From assembly GCA_026392935.1 (NCBI GenBank), contig JAPLBE010000013.1, positions 22,865 to 86,864 of the forward strand: a DNA stretch of 64,000 nt, written 5' to 3'. A model generated the notes under the pieces. That model saw only the letters and a list, made by a program, of their open reading frames with translations, was not told the origin of the DNA and did not search any database. A program made the translations under genes and the position numbers. This document shows, in pieces, positions 1 through 8,327 of the stretch (position 1 is its first letter; each line of letters starts with the position of its first letter). The DNA comes from Actinomycetota bacterium (lineage in GTDB: Bacteria > Actinomycetota > Actinomycetes > Nanopelagicales > Nanopelagicaceae).

Positions 1-585
1 GCAGATCAAGTTCTTCTTTCAGGAGTTCAGGGAATAACAGAAATAATTACTCAACCAGGACTCATTAACCTCGACTTTGCAGATGTAAAGACTGTTATGA
101 CGGATGCTGGTTCAGCACTTATGGGAATTGGCTCTGCTCGTGGTGAAAATCGTGCTACCCGTGCAGCTGAATTAGCGATCTCCAGTCCACTTCTTGAAGC
201 ATCAATTGATGGAGCAATGGGAGTCCTTCTCTCTGTTGCTGGCGGATCAGATCTCGGTCTCTTTGAGATTAATGAGGCGTGCGAACTTGTACAAAGTGCT
301 GCGCATCCAGAAGCTCGAATTATTTTTGGAACCACAATTGATGACGCACTCGGTGATGAGGTTCGAATCACCGTTATTGCTGCTGGCTTTGCCGGCGGGG
401 AGCCAAAGAAAGTTGAGATGCCAGTAATTAACGCATCAACTCTCAGCGGAAATGCCGATCCAATACCTTCTAACGATCCGCTCTCTGTAGCGCTGGACTT
501 AGATTCAGCTACTCCACGCAAGCGGGTTACATTTGAAGAGTTAATCTCTGAAGATGAGATTGATGTCCCTGATTTCATGAAGTAG
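1..585 (+). CDS. ftsZ: Cell division GTPase FtsZ, C-terminal part (5' end lies outside the window)
   Basis: Frame 1 is open from base 1 (ADQVLLSGVQGITEIITQPGLINLDFADVKTVM...) and continues into ORF-track 97..585. FtsZ core sequence and a C-terminal DVPDFMK tail. The usual actinobacterial post-ftsZ genes follow. Confidence 0.95.
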   Translation, partial: ADQVLLSGVQGITEIITQPGLINLDFADVKTVMTDAGSALMGIGSARGENRATRAAELAISSPLLEASIDGAMGVLLSVAGGSDLGLFEINEACELVQSAAHPEARIIFGTTIDDALGDEVRITVIAAGFAGGEPKKVEMPVINASTLSGNADPIPSNDPLSVALDLDSATPRKRVTFEELISEDEIDVPDFMK

Positions 586-591
586 TTCTTC

Positions 592-1254
592 ATGAACTAT
601 CGCTTTACCAATCGCACCGGAGGCGTAAGCACCGGTGCGTTTGCATCTCTTAACCTCGGACTCCATGTAGGCGATGTTCTTGAAGATGTGATGCGCAATC
701 GCGCGCTAGTTTCAGAATCCACTGGCGACATTCAATTTATGAATCAAGTTCATGGAAATCGTGTCACAATTATTGAGAACATTACCGAACCTGATCCAAC
801 GGCAGATGCCTTGGTTACTGGGATTAAAGGGATTACCTTGGCAGTGCAAGTAGCCGACTGCATTCCACTATTACTGTCATCGCAGGAAGCGGTAGCTGCT
901 GTTCATGTTGGAAGAAAAGGTTTAATGAATGAAGTTGCAGTCGCCGCACTTGACGTGATGCGCCAGATGGGGGCAGGTGACATCACTGCCGTAATCGGAC
1001 CTTCAATTTGTGGCACATGCTATGAAGTCTCTGAGGAAATGTATCAAGAAGTAGTCGCCACACATCCGCTTGCGCAAGGAAGAACTCAAAAAGGCACTTT
1101 TGCATTGAATCTTTCTCAGGCGCTAATTGCTCAACTCGCCGCCGAATCTGTTGCAGTGATAAACGAAAGTGTGTGCACAGTAGAGAGCCAAGTTCATTTC
1201 TCCTATCGACGCGATGGCGTTACGGGACGTCAAGCTGGAATAATCACGTTATGA
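592..1254 (+). CDS. pgeF: YfiH/PgeF (DUF152) purine nucleoside phosphorylase / laccase-domain protein
   Basis: ORF 592..1254 with DUF152 His/Cys/His contexts (VHGNRV, VADCIPLLL, HVGRKG). Conserved position directly after ftsZ. Confidence 0.9.
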   Translation: MNYRFTNRTGGVSTGAFASLNLGLHVGDVLEDVMRNRALVSESTGDIQFMNQVHGNRVTIIENITEPDPTADALVTGIKGITLAVQVADCIPLLLSSQEAVAAVHVGRKGLMNEVAVAALDVMRQMGAGDITAVIGPSICGTCYEVSEEMYQEVVATHPLAQGRTQKGTFALNLSQALIAQLAAESVAVINESVCTVESQVHFSYRRDGVTGRQAGIITL

Positions 1255-1910
1255 GTAATCAGGTTAATCGCCGCGAGGAGTTAGAGCAGAATTTGCGTTC
1301 TGTTCAGCAACGGATCACTCGTTCAGATGTGACTTTGATAGTTGTCACCAAAACGTATCCGGTCAGTGATGTGCAGATACTTAAGGAACTTGGCGTTGAG
1401 AATTTTGGGGAAAATCGGAATGAAGAGGGCGATGTAAAATCGGTACTTGTCCCAGCTATCTGGCATTACCAAGGTGAAATACAGAGTCGAAAGTTGCCAT
1501 TAATTGCCCAGTGGGCAAATGTAATTCATTCACTTGATGAATTAAGTCACGCCAAAAAATTGTCCAGCGTTCTAACTAAAGATTTGGACGTATTTATCCA
1601 GCTCTCACTAGATGGGGATCCAGATCGTGGGGGAGTCTCCCGCGAAAACCTGCCACATCTTGCGCAGGAAATCTCTGCATTAGCAGGTATAAACATTCTT
1701 GGCCTTATGTGCGTCCTTCCACTCGGGGTCGAGGCCAAAGTAGGTTTCGCAGAAGTTGCTGAGATTCATCGCGGATTTCAACGGGATTTTCCAAACGCCA
1801 CAAAACTTTCGGCGGGTATGTCCGGAGATTTTGAGATAGCAATTGATTTCGGTGCGACACACATCAGAGTAGGCAGCCAAATCCTCGGTCCGCGTAGCGC
1901 TCACGGGTAA
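1251..1910 (+). CDS. yggS: YggS/YlmE PLP-homeostasis protein
   Basis: ATG 1251 overlaps the pgeF stop (ATGA). TLIVVTKTYP lysine context and the GENR motif. The ORF-track start at 1173 lies inside pgeF and is rejected. Confidence 0.9.
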   Translation: MSNQVNRREELEQNLRSVQQRITRSDVTLIVVTKTYPVSDVQILKELGVENFGENRNEEGDVKSVLVPAIWHYQGEIQSRKLPLIAQWANVIHSLDELSHAKKLSSVLTKDLDVFIQLSLDGDPDRGGVSRENLPHLAQEISALAGINILGLMCVLPLGVEAKVGFAEVAEIHRGFQRDFPNATKLSAGMSGDFEIAIDFGATHIRVGSQILGPRSAHG

Positions 1911-1919
1911 CCTATTCTC

Positions 1920-2387
1920 ATGACAGCACTCAATAAAATGATGGGCTTCCTGGGCCTCGTAGACACAGATGAAGAGACCTCAGTTGCAGAAGTACCGTCA
2001 CGCCAAGTTGCAGCGCGCCCACAACGCGATCGCACAGGTGTGACAGTTCTAGGAACACATCCAACAACACATGCTGCAACGCAACCTGCAATGCTCGATG
2101 AACCAGCATCGTCTTACAACATCATCACTTTGCAACCACGTTCATATTCAGAAGCACGCAAAGTTGGAGAGTATTACCGTGAAGGAAATCCAGTCATTAT
2201 TAATCTTGATGATATGGAAGAAGGCGAACGTAAGCGCCTCGTCGACTTCTCAAGTGGACTAGTTTTCGGACTTCATGGCCGCATCGAACGAATCAGCCTC
2301 AAGGTTTTCTTACTCTCACCTGCAAATGTGAGCGTTAGCAATGAAGACAAAACCGCAGCACAAGCCACATTCTTTAACCAAAGCTGA
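1920..2387 (+). CDS. sepF: Cell division protein SepF
   Basis: ORF 1920..2387. C-terminal SepF domain (ITLQPRSYSEARKVGEYYREGNPVIINL...RLVDFSSGLVFGLHGRIERIS). A TAACCT box lies 6 nt upstream of the ATG. Confidence 0.93.
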   Translation: MTALNKMMGFLGLVDTDEETSVAEVPSRQVAARPQRDRTGVTVLGTHPTTHAATQPAMLDEPASSYNIITLQPRSYSEARKVGEYYREGNPVIINLDDMEEGERKRLVDFSSGLVFGLHGRIERISLKVFLLSPANVSVSNEDKTAAQATFFNQS

Positions 2388-2398
2388 ACTAATTACAC

Positions 2399-2680
2399 GT
2401 GATTACATCAATCATTCTTCAATTACTCGGGCTTTATAAGCTTGCGCTTTTTGCTCGAATCATCATTGATTACGTTCGAATGTTCGCCAAGAATTGGCGT
2501 CCTAACGCTATTTTCTTAGCGTTTTTCGAATTCATATACTCAATCACTGATCCACCTATGAAATTTGTACAGCGCTTTGTTCCGCCGCTTCGCTTAGGCG
2601 GTGTTGCACTAGATCTCTCATTTATCGTTCTGTTGATTGCAATTAATCTTCTGCAGGGCGCTATTCGAGTTCTTCTCTAA
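2399..2680 (+). CDS. yggT: YggT/YlmG family small membrane protein
   Basis: 93-aa ORF with a GTG start and two hydrophobic segments. Conserved position after sepF. Confidence 0.85.
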   Translation: MITSIILQLLGLYKLALFARIIIDYVRMFAKNWRPNAIFLAFFEFIYSITDPPMKFVQRFVPPLRLGGVALDLSFIVLLIAINLLQGAIRVLL

Positions 2681-5600
2681 GCCTTCGCTAGAGAGATATT
2701 TACTCCAAGTTCGCTCTCGGTTACTTCCACAGATGCATCTTCTGTCATAGACAGCGCAAGAACTTCCTCTGAAATATGAGAAGTTTGTGCCGATATTGTT
2801 CGCGCCAATTCGGTAGGCGCGTTCCATCGGATATGAATGCGATCTGAAATATCAAAACCGTCGCTCTTGCGGCGCTCTTGGATAAGTCGAATCACTTCGC
2901 GGATTTGACCCGATGCAATGAGTTCTGGGGTCAGCGCTAAATCAAGTGCCACACTTTCGCCATCGTGACTTGAAACCATCCATCCGCTCTTTGGTACTTC
3001 AGTGATCACCAAGTCATCAAGTGCAAGTTCGAATTCACCCACCTTTGCGCAACCGCTTTGGCGCAGAGTACGAACGAGCTCAGTGGCATCAGATGCTGAA
3101 ATCAATGTGGCAACTTCTTGCACGGCTTTTCCATATTTCGCACCTAGTGATTTGAAGTTAGCTTTTACTGAAACATCGACGAGGTCGCCATCAGCATCTG
3201 CGATATCTTCTAAATCAATAACGTTGAGCTCATCTGAAATCTGTTCCTTCATATCGGTTGGCAACTGCGCCCATCCTTGGGCAGAGATGAGCGCTCTCTG
3301 GAGAGGCTGGCGTATTTTAATTCCGGATTCAGCACGAGCAGCGCGACCTAGTTCTACAACTCTACGAGTCATAGCAACATGAGCATTGAGAGTGAGATCA
3401 ACGAGTGATGACTGCGAAATTGGGAAGTCAGTTAAGTGCACAGATTCTGCTGCACTTGGATCAGCGACCTTTACTAGTTCCTGCCACGTGTGCTCTGCGA
3501 TAAATGGAACCATCGGCGCAAGTAATTGTGTGAGCGTTACTAAACATTCGTGGAGAGTCGAGAGTGCGGCTACATCGCCTTCCCAGAACCTACGGCGTGA
3601 ACGACGTACGTACCAATTCGATAGGTCATCGATAAATCGTGCGAGTACTTTTCCTGCACTTTGAGAATCAAAATTTGAATACGCCTTATCAACTTCAGCG
3701 ATAAGTGTATTAAGTTCACTAATAATCCATCGATCCATTAATGGGCGTTTTGAAAGCGCAGGACTCTGAGATAAATCAAAGTTGGAGGCTTGCGCATAGA
3801 GCGCATGGAAAGAGATTGTGTTCCAGTAAGTGAGAAGTGTTTTTCTAACAACGTCAGAGATTGCATCATGGCCCACTCGGCGCGCAGACCATGGGGAACC
3901 CGCTGCAAGCATGTACCAACGGACTGCATCTGCTCCGTGTTGATCCATCAGTGAAATCGGTTCAAGTACATTTCCAAGGTGTTTACTCATCTTGCGACCA
4001 TCTTTATCAAGGATGTGTCCGAGGCATAACACGCTCTTATATGAACTCTGATCGAATACCAATGTACCAATTGTCATCAGTGTGTAGAACCATCCACGAG
4101 TTTGGTCAATCGCCTCACAAATAAAGTCAGCCGGGTAGGCGGTTTTGAACTTCTCGACTGAACCTTCCTTGTGCGGATATCCCCATTGCGCAAATGGCAT
4201 AGCTCCAGAGTCATACCAGCAGTCGATAACTTCAGGTACGCGATTCATGGTGTTTGAACATTCTGCACACGGGAATGAAATGTCATCTACGAAAGGACGG
4301 TGTGGATCAAGATTACTTAACTCTTGCCCTGCTAACGCACCAAGTTCCTTGAGGGAGTCAACACAGACTTCATGCCTATTTTCGCAGCGCCAGATTGGAA
4401 GCGGCGTACCCCAATAGCGGTTACGAGAAAGTGCCCAGTCAATATTGTTATTGAGCCAATCTCCGTAACGCCCAGTCTTAATAGTTTCTGGATGCCAATC
4501 TGTCTTTTGATTTTCACGGATCAATTCATCTTTGATTGAGGTGGTTCGGATGTACCACGATGGTTGTGCGTAATAAATGAGCGCTGTGTGACAGCGCCAG
4601 CAATGGGGATATTCGTGTTCGTATGGTTGATGTTTGTAAAGTGCGCCACTTGTCTTCAACTCTTTTACTAGCGGCTTGTCAGCATCTTTGAAGAAAAGTC
4701 CTCCTACGACAGGGACATCAGCGAGAAAGGTTCCATCAGGTGCAATTGGATTGACAACTGGAAGCCCGTAAGCGCGACAAACCTGAAGGTCATCGGCTCC
4801 AAATGCGGGCGATTGGTGAACTAGGCCAGTTCCATCTTCAGTTGTCACATAGGTTGCTAACACCACGAAATGTGAATCTGGAATATCAATGTAGTCAAAG
4901 GGACGCTTGTACGTTACTCGCTCTAAATCTTTACCTACAAATGACTGAAGGATCTTGTGCTCTCCAGCTACTTTAGAGAGCAACGGTTCTGCAACAACCA
5001 GAACTTCGCTTTTCTCATCGACAGTAGTTTGCACCGCTACATATGTAACGTCAGGATGTACAGCAATAGCTGTATTGGAAACCAGCGTCCAGGGGGTAGT
5101 CGTCCACACCAATAAAGAGGCGCCAAGATTTGCAAGTTCTCCCGATGTTACTGGAAAGCGAACAAAGACAGATGGGTCAGTAACTGTTTCGTACCCCTGT
5201 GAAAGTTCATGGTCTGAAAGTCCTGTGCCGCACCGCGGGCAATACGGAGCAACGCGATGATCTTGAACTAATAAGCCCTTCTTCCAAATTTCTTTCAAAC
5301 TCCACCAAACAGATTCAACATACTCGGGTGCCATGGTCCAATACGCCTGATCAAAATCTACCCAGAAGCCCATACGTTCAGTCATTGTTGTAAATGCATC
5401 GACATGGCGAGTAACAGACTCGCGACATTTCTCATTGAAGGGAGCTATTCCATATTTTTCAATATCGCCTTTACCGGCAAATCCAAGTTCCTTCTCCACT
5501 GCAATTTCAACTGGAAGACCGTGACAATCCCATCCTGCTTTTCGAGTCACGTATTTGCCTTTCATTGTTTGAAAACGTGGAAATACATCTTTAAAAACAC

Positions 5601-5793
5601 GAGCTTCAATGTGGTGAGTGCCAGGCATTCCATTGGCTGTTGGTGGACCTTCGTAAAATGTCCATGGAGCTGCATGTGACCGTGACTCTGTGCTCTTCTC
5701 AAAGATCTGATTGTTCTGCCAAAACTCCAGAATTAATCTTTCCATTGCAGGAAGATCAATCTGTGCGCTGATTGCGCGAAATGGTGATGACAT
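2677..5793 (-). CDS. ileS: Isoleucine--tRNA ligase
   Basis: 1038-aa ORF. Class I synthetase motifs (PPTANGMPGTHH for HIGH, KMSKHLGN for KMSKS) and a CP1 editing region. Preceded by a T-box leader carrying an AUC codon. Confidence 0.97.
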   Translation of the reverse strand: MSSPFRAISAQIDLPAMERLILEFWQNNQIFEKSTESRSHAAPWTFYEGPPTANGMPGTHHIEARVFKDVFPRFQTMKGKYVTRKAGWDCHGLPVEIAVEKELGFAGKGDIEKYGIAPFNEKCRESVTRHVDAFTTMTERMGFWVDFDQAYWTMAPEYVESVWWSLKEIWKKGLLVQDHRVAPYCPRCGTGLSDHELSQGYETVTDPSVFVRFPVTSGELANLGASLLVWTTTPWTLVSNTAIAVHPDVTYVAVQTTVDEKSEVLVVAEPLLSKVAGEHKILQSFVGKDLERVTYKRPFDYIDIPDSHFVVLATYVTTEDGTGLVHQSPAFGADDLQVCRAYGLPVVNPIAPDGTFLADVPVVGGLFFKDADKPLVKELKTSGALYKHQPYEHEYPHCWRCHTALIYYAQPSWYIRTTSIKDELIRENQKTDWHPETIKTGRYGDWLNNNIDWALSRNRYWGTPLPIWRCENRHEVCVDSLKELGALAGQELSNLDPHRPFVDDISFPCAECSNTMNRVPEVIDCWYDSGAMPFAQWGYPHKEGSVEKFKTAYPADFICEAIDQTRGWFYTLMTIGTLVFDQSSYKSVLCLGHILDKDGRKMSKHLGNVLEPISLMDQHGADAVRWYMLAAGSPWSARRVGHDAISDVVRKTLLTYWNTISFHALYAQASNFDLSQSPALSKRPLMDRWIISELNTLIAEVDKAYSNFDSQSAGKVLARFIDDLSNWYVRRSRRRFWEGDVAALSTLHECLVTLTQLLAPMVPFIAEHTWQELVKVADPSAAESVHLTDFPISQSSLVDLTLNAHVAMTRRVVELGRAARAESGIKIRQPLQRALISAQGWAQLPTDMKEQISDELNVIDLEDIADADGDLVDVSVKANFKSLGAKYGKAVQEVATLISASDATELVRTLRQSGCAKVGEFELALDDLVITEVPKSGWMVSSHDGESVALDLALTPELIASGQIREVIRLIQERRKSDGFDISDRIHIRWNAPTELARTISAQTSHISEEVLALSMTEDASVEVTESELGVNISLAKA

Positions 5794-6025
5794 AAAAAAT
5801 CCCCCAAGAAGTCAGTAACTCTTGGAGGGACGAACTTCACCGAGCGAAGTTCGCGGTACCACCCGCCTTATACGTTTTCGCAGATGCGAATTCGTACCTC
5901 TTTATTTAACTTGTTTCGGCTAGTTCTACCCCAGGGCCACATGTCAGACAGTTGGCTACCAGATCTTCCAGCGTGCTCCCGAGGTGATTGCCTCTTCAAC
6001 GCACTTTTCGAACAAGGTCTTGCAG
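5794..6025 (-). promoter_or_regulatory. T-box riboswitch leader of ileS, of the translational SD-sequestering type
   Basis: The minus strand reads AAGGCGGGUGGUACCGCG (the T-box motif, plus 5852..5866). Helix GCGAACUUC/GAAGUUCG(U) sits inside GGG..CCC. An alternative helix CCC-U-CCAAGA/UCUUGGGGG (plus 5801..5829) occludes the SD GGGGGA, which lies 6 nt before the ATG. The 5' boundary is approximate. Confidence 0.85.
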
Positions 6026-6090
6026 GTCCAAAGTCTAAACCATGCGTGGCAAAGTTGGTTACGCGGTGAAAAACGCATAAGGTGCGCGGC

Positions 6091-6876
6091 GTGCCAGGAA
6101 AAAAAGTAGCCAAGAAGGCAGCCAAGAAGGCTCCCGCTAAAAAAGCGCCTGCCAAAAAAACACCTGTCAAGAAAGCTGCAAAGAAAACTCCAGCGAAGAA
6201 AGTTGTTGCCAAAAAGAGCGCAACTAAAAAATCCCCCGCTAAGAAAGCTCCTGTGAAAAAATCAATTCCTGTAAAAAAAGCACCTGGTCGTCCATTTCCC
6301 TCTAAGGTTGGAAAGACAACTCTTACTGTTGATGAGAAGTCCCAGACGGTTTCTGTTGCAACAGTGATGGCACCAACGACGGCGCCAGTTATTGAAGAGC
6401 GTCGTCTAGTTATGCCACCTCCACCGCGTCCTGTAAAGAGTGGAAAAAAGGTTGCACCGCTGAAGCCAATTAAGGCAGCGCCAACACCTGTTGTTGCATC
6501 TGCTGGGGAAGCCCCATGGAGCGCGGCAGAACTCAAAGCTATCAGGGCTGAGATTTCAAAAGATTTAGAAAGATTGCGTAAAGAGCTTGCCACCGTGGAA
6601 GCCGAAATGGATGAACTCATTTCAGATTCCGGTGAAGGTGCTGGCGATGATCAGGCTGACTCTGGTACAAAAACTTTTGAACGCGAACATGAAATGTCAC
6701 TAGTCATCAATGCACGAGACATGGTTCTTCAAACCGAACGAGCCCTGGAACGCATTGAGAATAAAACCTATGGGCACTGTGAAGACTGCGGAACTGCAAT
6801 TGGAAAAGCACGTCTTCAAGTTTTCCCTCGCGCAACACTGTGCATGATTTGCAAGCAGAAAGAAGAGCGGCGCTAA
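6091..6876 (+). CDS. Fusion of a histone-H1-like Lys/Ala/Pro-rich N-terminal domain with a DksA/TraR C4 zinc-finger domain (DdbA-like)
   Basis: ORF 6082..6876. N-terminal (P)AKKA repeats. C-terminal coiled coil plus CEDCGTAI...LCMICK zinc finger. Start is GTG 6091 (TAAGGT box 7 nt upstream) or GTG 6082. Confidence 0.85.
   Translation: MPGKKVAKKAAKKAPAKKAPAKKTPVKKAAKKTPAKKVVAKKSATKKSPAKKAPVKKSIPVKKAPGRPFPSKVGKTTLTVDEKSQTVSVATVMAPTTAPVIEERRLVMPPPPRPVKSGKKVAPLKPIKAAPTPVVASAGEAPWSAAELKAIRAEISKDLERLRKELATVEAEMDELISDSGEGAGDDQADSGTKTFEREHEMSLVINARDMVLQTERALERIENKTYGHCEDCGTAIGKARLQVFPRATLCMICKQKEERR
6097..6285 (+). repeat. In-frame low-complexity AAG/GCN/CCN repeat encoding KKAAKKAPAKKAPAKKTPVKK...
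   Basis: Read directly from the translation of 6082..6876. It also produces the spurious 250-aa antisense ORF 5868..6620. Confidence 0.9.
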
Positions 6877-6877
6877 C

Positions 6878-7363
6878 GTGCGCCAACTCAATATACCTGC
6901 ACGACTAATCTGGGTTCCTGCATGGTCTATTTGGCTCATTGATTTTGCATCAAAGCAATGGGCAGTCTCAGCACTTTCATCAAATCCAGTTGAGGTCCTT
7001 GGAGATTTTCTCAAACTCACTCTTGTAAGAAATTCCGGTGCAGCATTTAGTCTTGCAGCAGGTTTCGCATTTGTATTTGCGTTGCTATCCCTTGCAGTAG
7101 TTATTGGCGTTACGTTTTATTCATCTCGAATCACATCACGTGGATGGCAAGTCACCGCGGGACTTCTTTTAGGGGGAGTTCTCGGAAACCTCACTGATCG
7201 AATCTTTCGTGATCCTAGTTTCTTGAGCGGCAACGTGATTGATTTTATTCAAATACCTTATTGGCCCGTTTTCAACGTTGCCGATTCAGCAATCGTTGTT
7301 GCAGCGTTCCTTGCCTTTTCTTTGACTATTCGAAATATCCCGCCAATATCACCGGTAAGGTAG
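6878..7363 (+). CDS. lspA: Lipoprotein signal peptidase II
   Basis: 161-aa membrane ORF with a GTG start. Motifs VRNSGAAFS and FNVADSAIVVAA. Confidence 0.92.
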   Translation: MRQLNIPARLIWVPAWSIWLIDFASKQWAVSALSSNPVEVLGDFLKLTLVRNSGAAFSLAAGFAFVFALLSLAVVIGVTFYSSRITSRGWQVTAGLLLGGVLGNLTDRIFRDPSFLSGNVIDFIQIPYWPVFNVADSAIVVAAFLAFSLTIRNIPPISPVR

Positions 7364-7369
7364 GCACTG

Positions 7370-8308
7370 ATGTCTCGTGATCTAAGAACGTTGAGTGTGC
7401 CCGAAGGCGTAGAGGGCGAGAGAATTGATAGCGCCTTAACGCGCGTTTTAGGACTTTCTCGTACAACAATTGTTAAATTACTGGAAGACGGTGACATCAC
7501 TACAAACGGCAAGGCTATGGGCAAATCAGAGCGCGTTGTGGCTGGCCAAGTAATTGAAATTCTCCTACCCGCACCTGCAAATCAAGATCCCATCCCACTT
7601 ACACCTTTAGAAGGTCTCACCGTTGTGTACAACGACGACGACATTGTTGTCATTGATAAACCTGTTGGTTGTGCTGCGCATCCAAGTCCTGGCTGGATGG
7701 GACCGACTGTTGTAGGCGCGCTCCTTGCAGCTGGATACACGATTTCGACATCAGGCCCAGCAGAGCGTGCAGGAGTCGTTCATCGGTTAGATGCAGGAAC
7801 TTCAGGGCTGATGATTATTGCTAAAACTGATGCTGCATATTTAAAGTTAAAAGAGATGTTTCGTAATCATGATGTTGAAAAAACTTATCACGCACTCGTG
7901 CAAGGGCATATGGACCCATCAACTGGGACAATTGATGCACCAATCGACCGTCACCCAAAAGAAGATCACCGATTTGCTGTTGTTGCTACAGGTAAAGAGA
8001 GCATCACGCATTATGAAGTCATCGAATATTACAGATCTGTTTCATTAGTAAAAGTAGAGCTCGAGACCGGACGCACACACCAAATTCGTGTTCATTTCTC
8101 TGCGCTCAATCATCCGTTAGTTGGTGATACAACATATGGAGCGGATCCGGTACTTGGAAAGAAAATGCAGATGTCTCGACCTTGGCTTCATGCCCTTGAA
8201 TTACGATTTAACCATCCAACCAACGGGATCCCACTCGTGCTCACCGCGCCATACCCGGCTGACTTGCAAGCTTCTTTGGCGTTACTATCCGAGGCAGTGC
8301 TGCCTTAG
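7370..8308 (+). CDS. rluD: RluA-family 23S rRNA pseudouridine synthase with an N-terminal S4 domain (RluD-like)
   Basis: S4-like N-terminus (RIDSALTRVLGLSRTTIVKLLEDGDITTNGK) and catalytic HRLDAGTSGLMIIAKT. Conserved lspA-rluD pairing. Confidence 0.9.
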   Translation: MSRDLRTLSVPEGVEGERIDSALTRVLGLSRTTIVKLLEDGDITTNGKAMGKSERVVAGQVIEILLPAPANQDPIPLTPLEGLTVVYNDDDIVVIDKPVGCAAHPSPGWMGPTVVGALLAAGYTISTSGPAERAGVVHRLDAGTSGLMIIAKTDAAYLKLKEMFRNHDVEKTYHALVQGHMDPSTGTIDAPIDRHPKEDHRFAVVATGKESITHYEVIEYYRSVSLVKVELETGRTHQIRVHFSALNHPLVGDTTYGADPVLGKKMQMSRPWLHALELRFNHPTNGIPLVLTAPYPADLQASLALLSEAVLP

Positions 8309-8327
8309 GCGCTAATGTTGCGCCACC

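Noticed and set aside
51-593. 180-aa minus-strand ORF
   Set aside because: It is antisense to the well-conserved FtsZ coding frame and has Ser/Ala/Arg-rich shadow composition.
5868-6620. 250-aa ORF on the minus strand, rich in G/A/F/L
   Set aside because: It is the antisense shadow of the low-complexity Lys/Ala/Pro repeat in the DdbA-like gene, and it overlaps the ileS T-box leader. It has no start context or recognisable domain.
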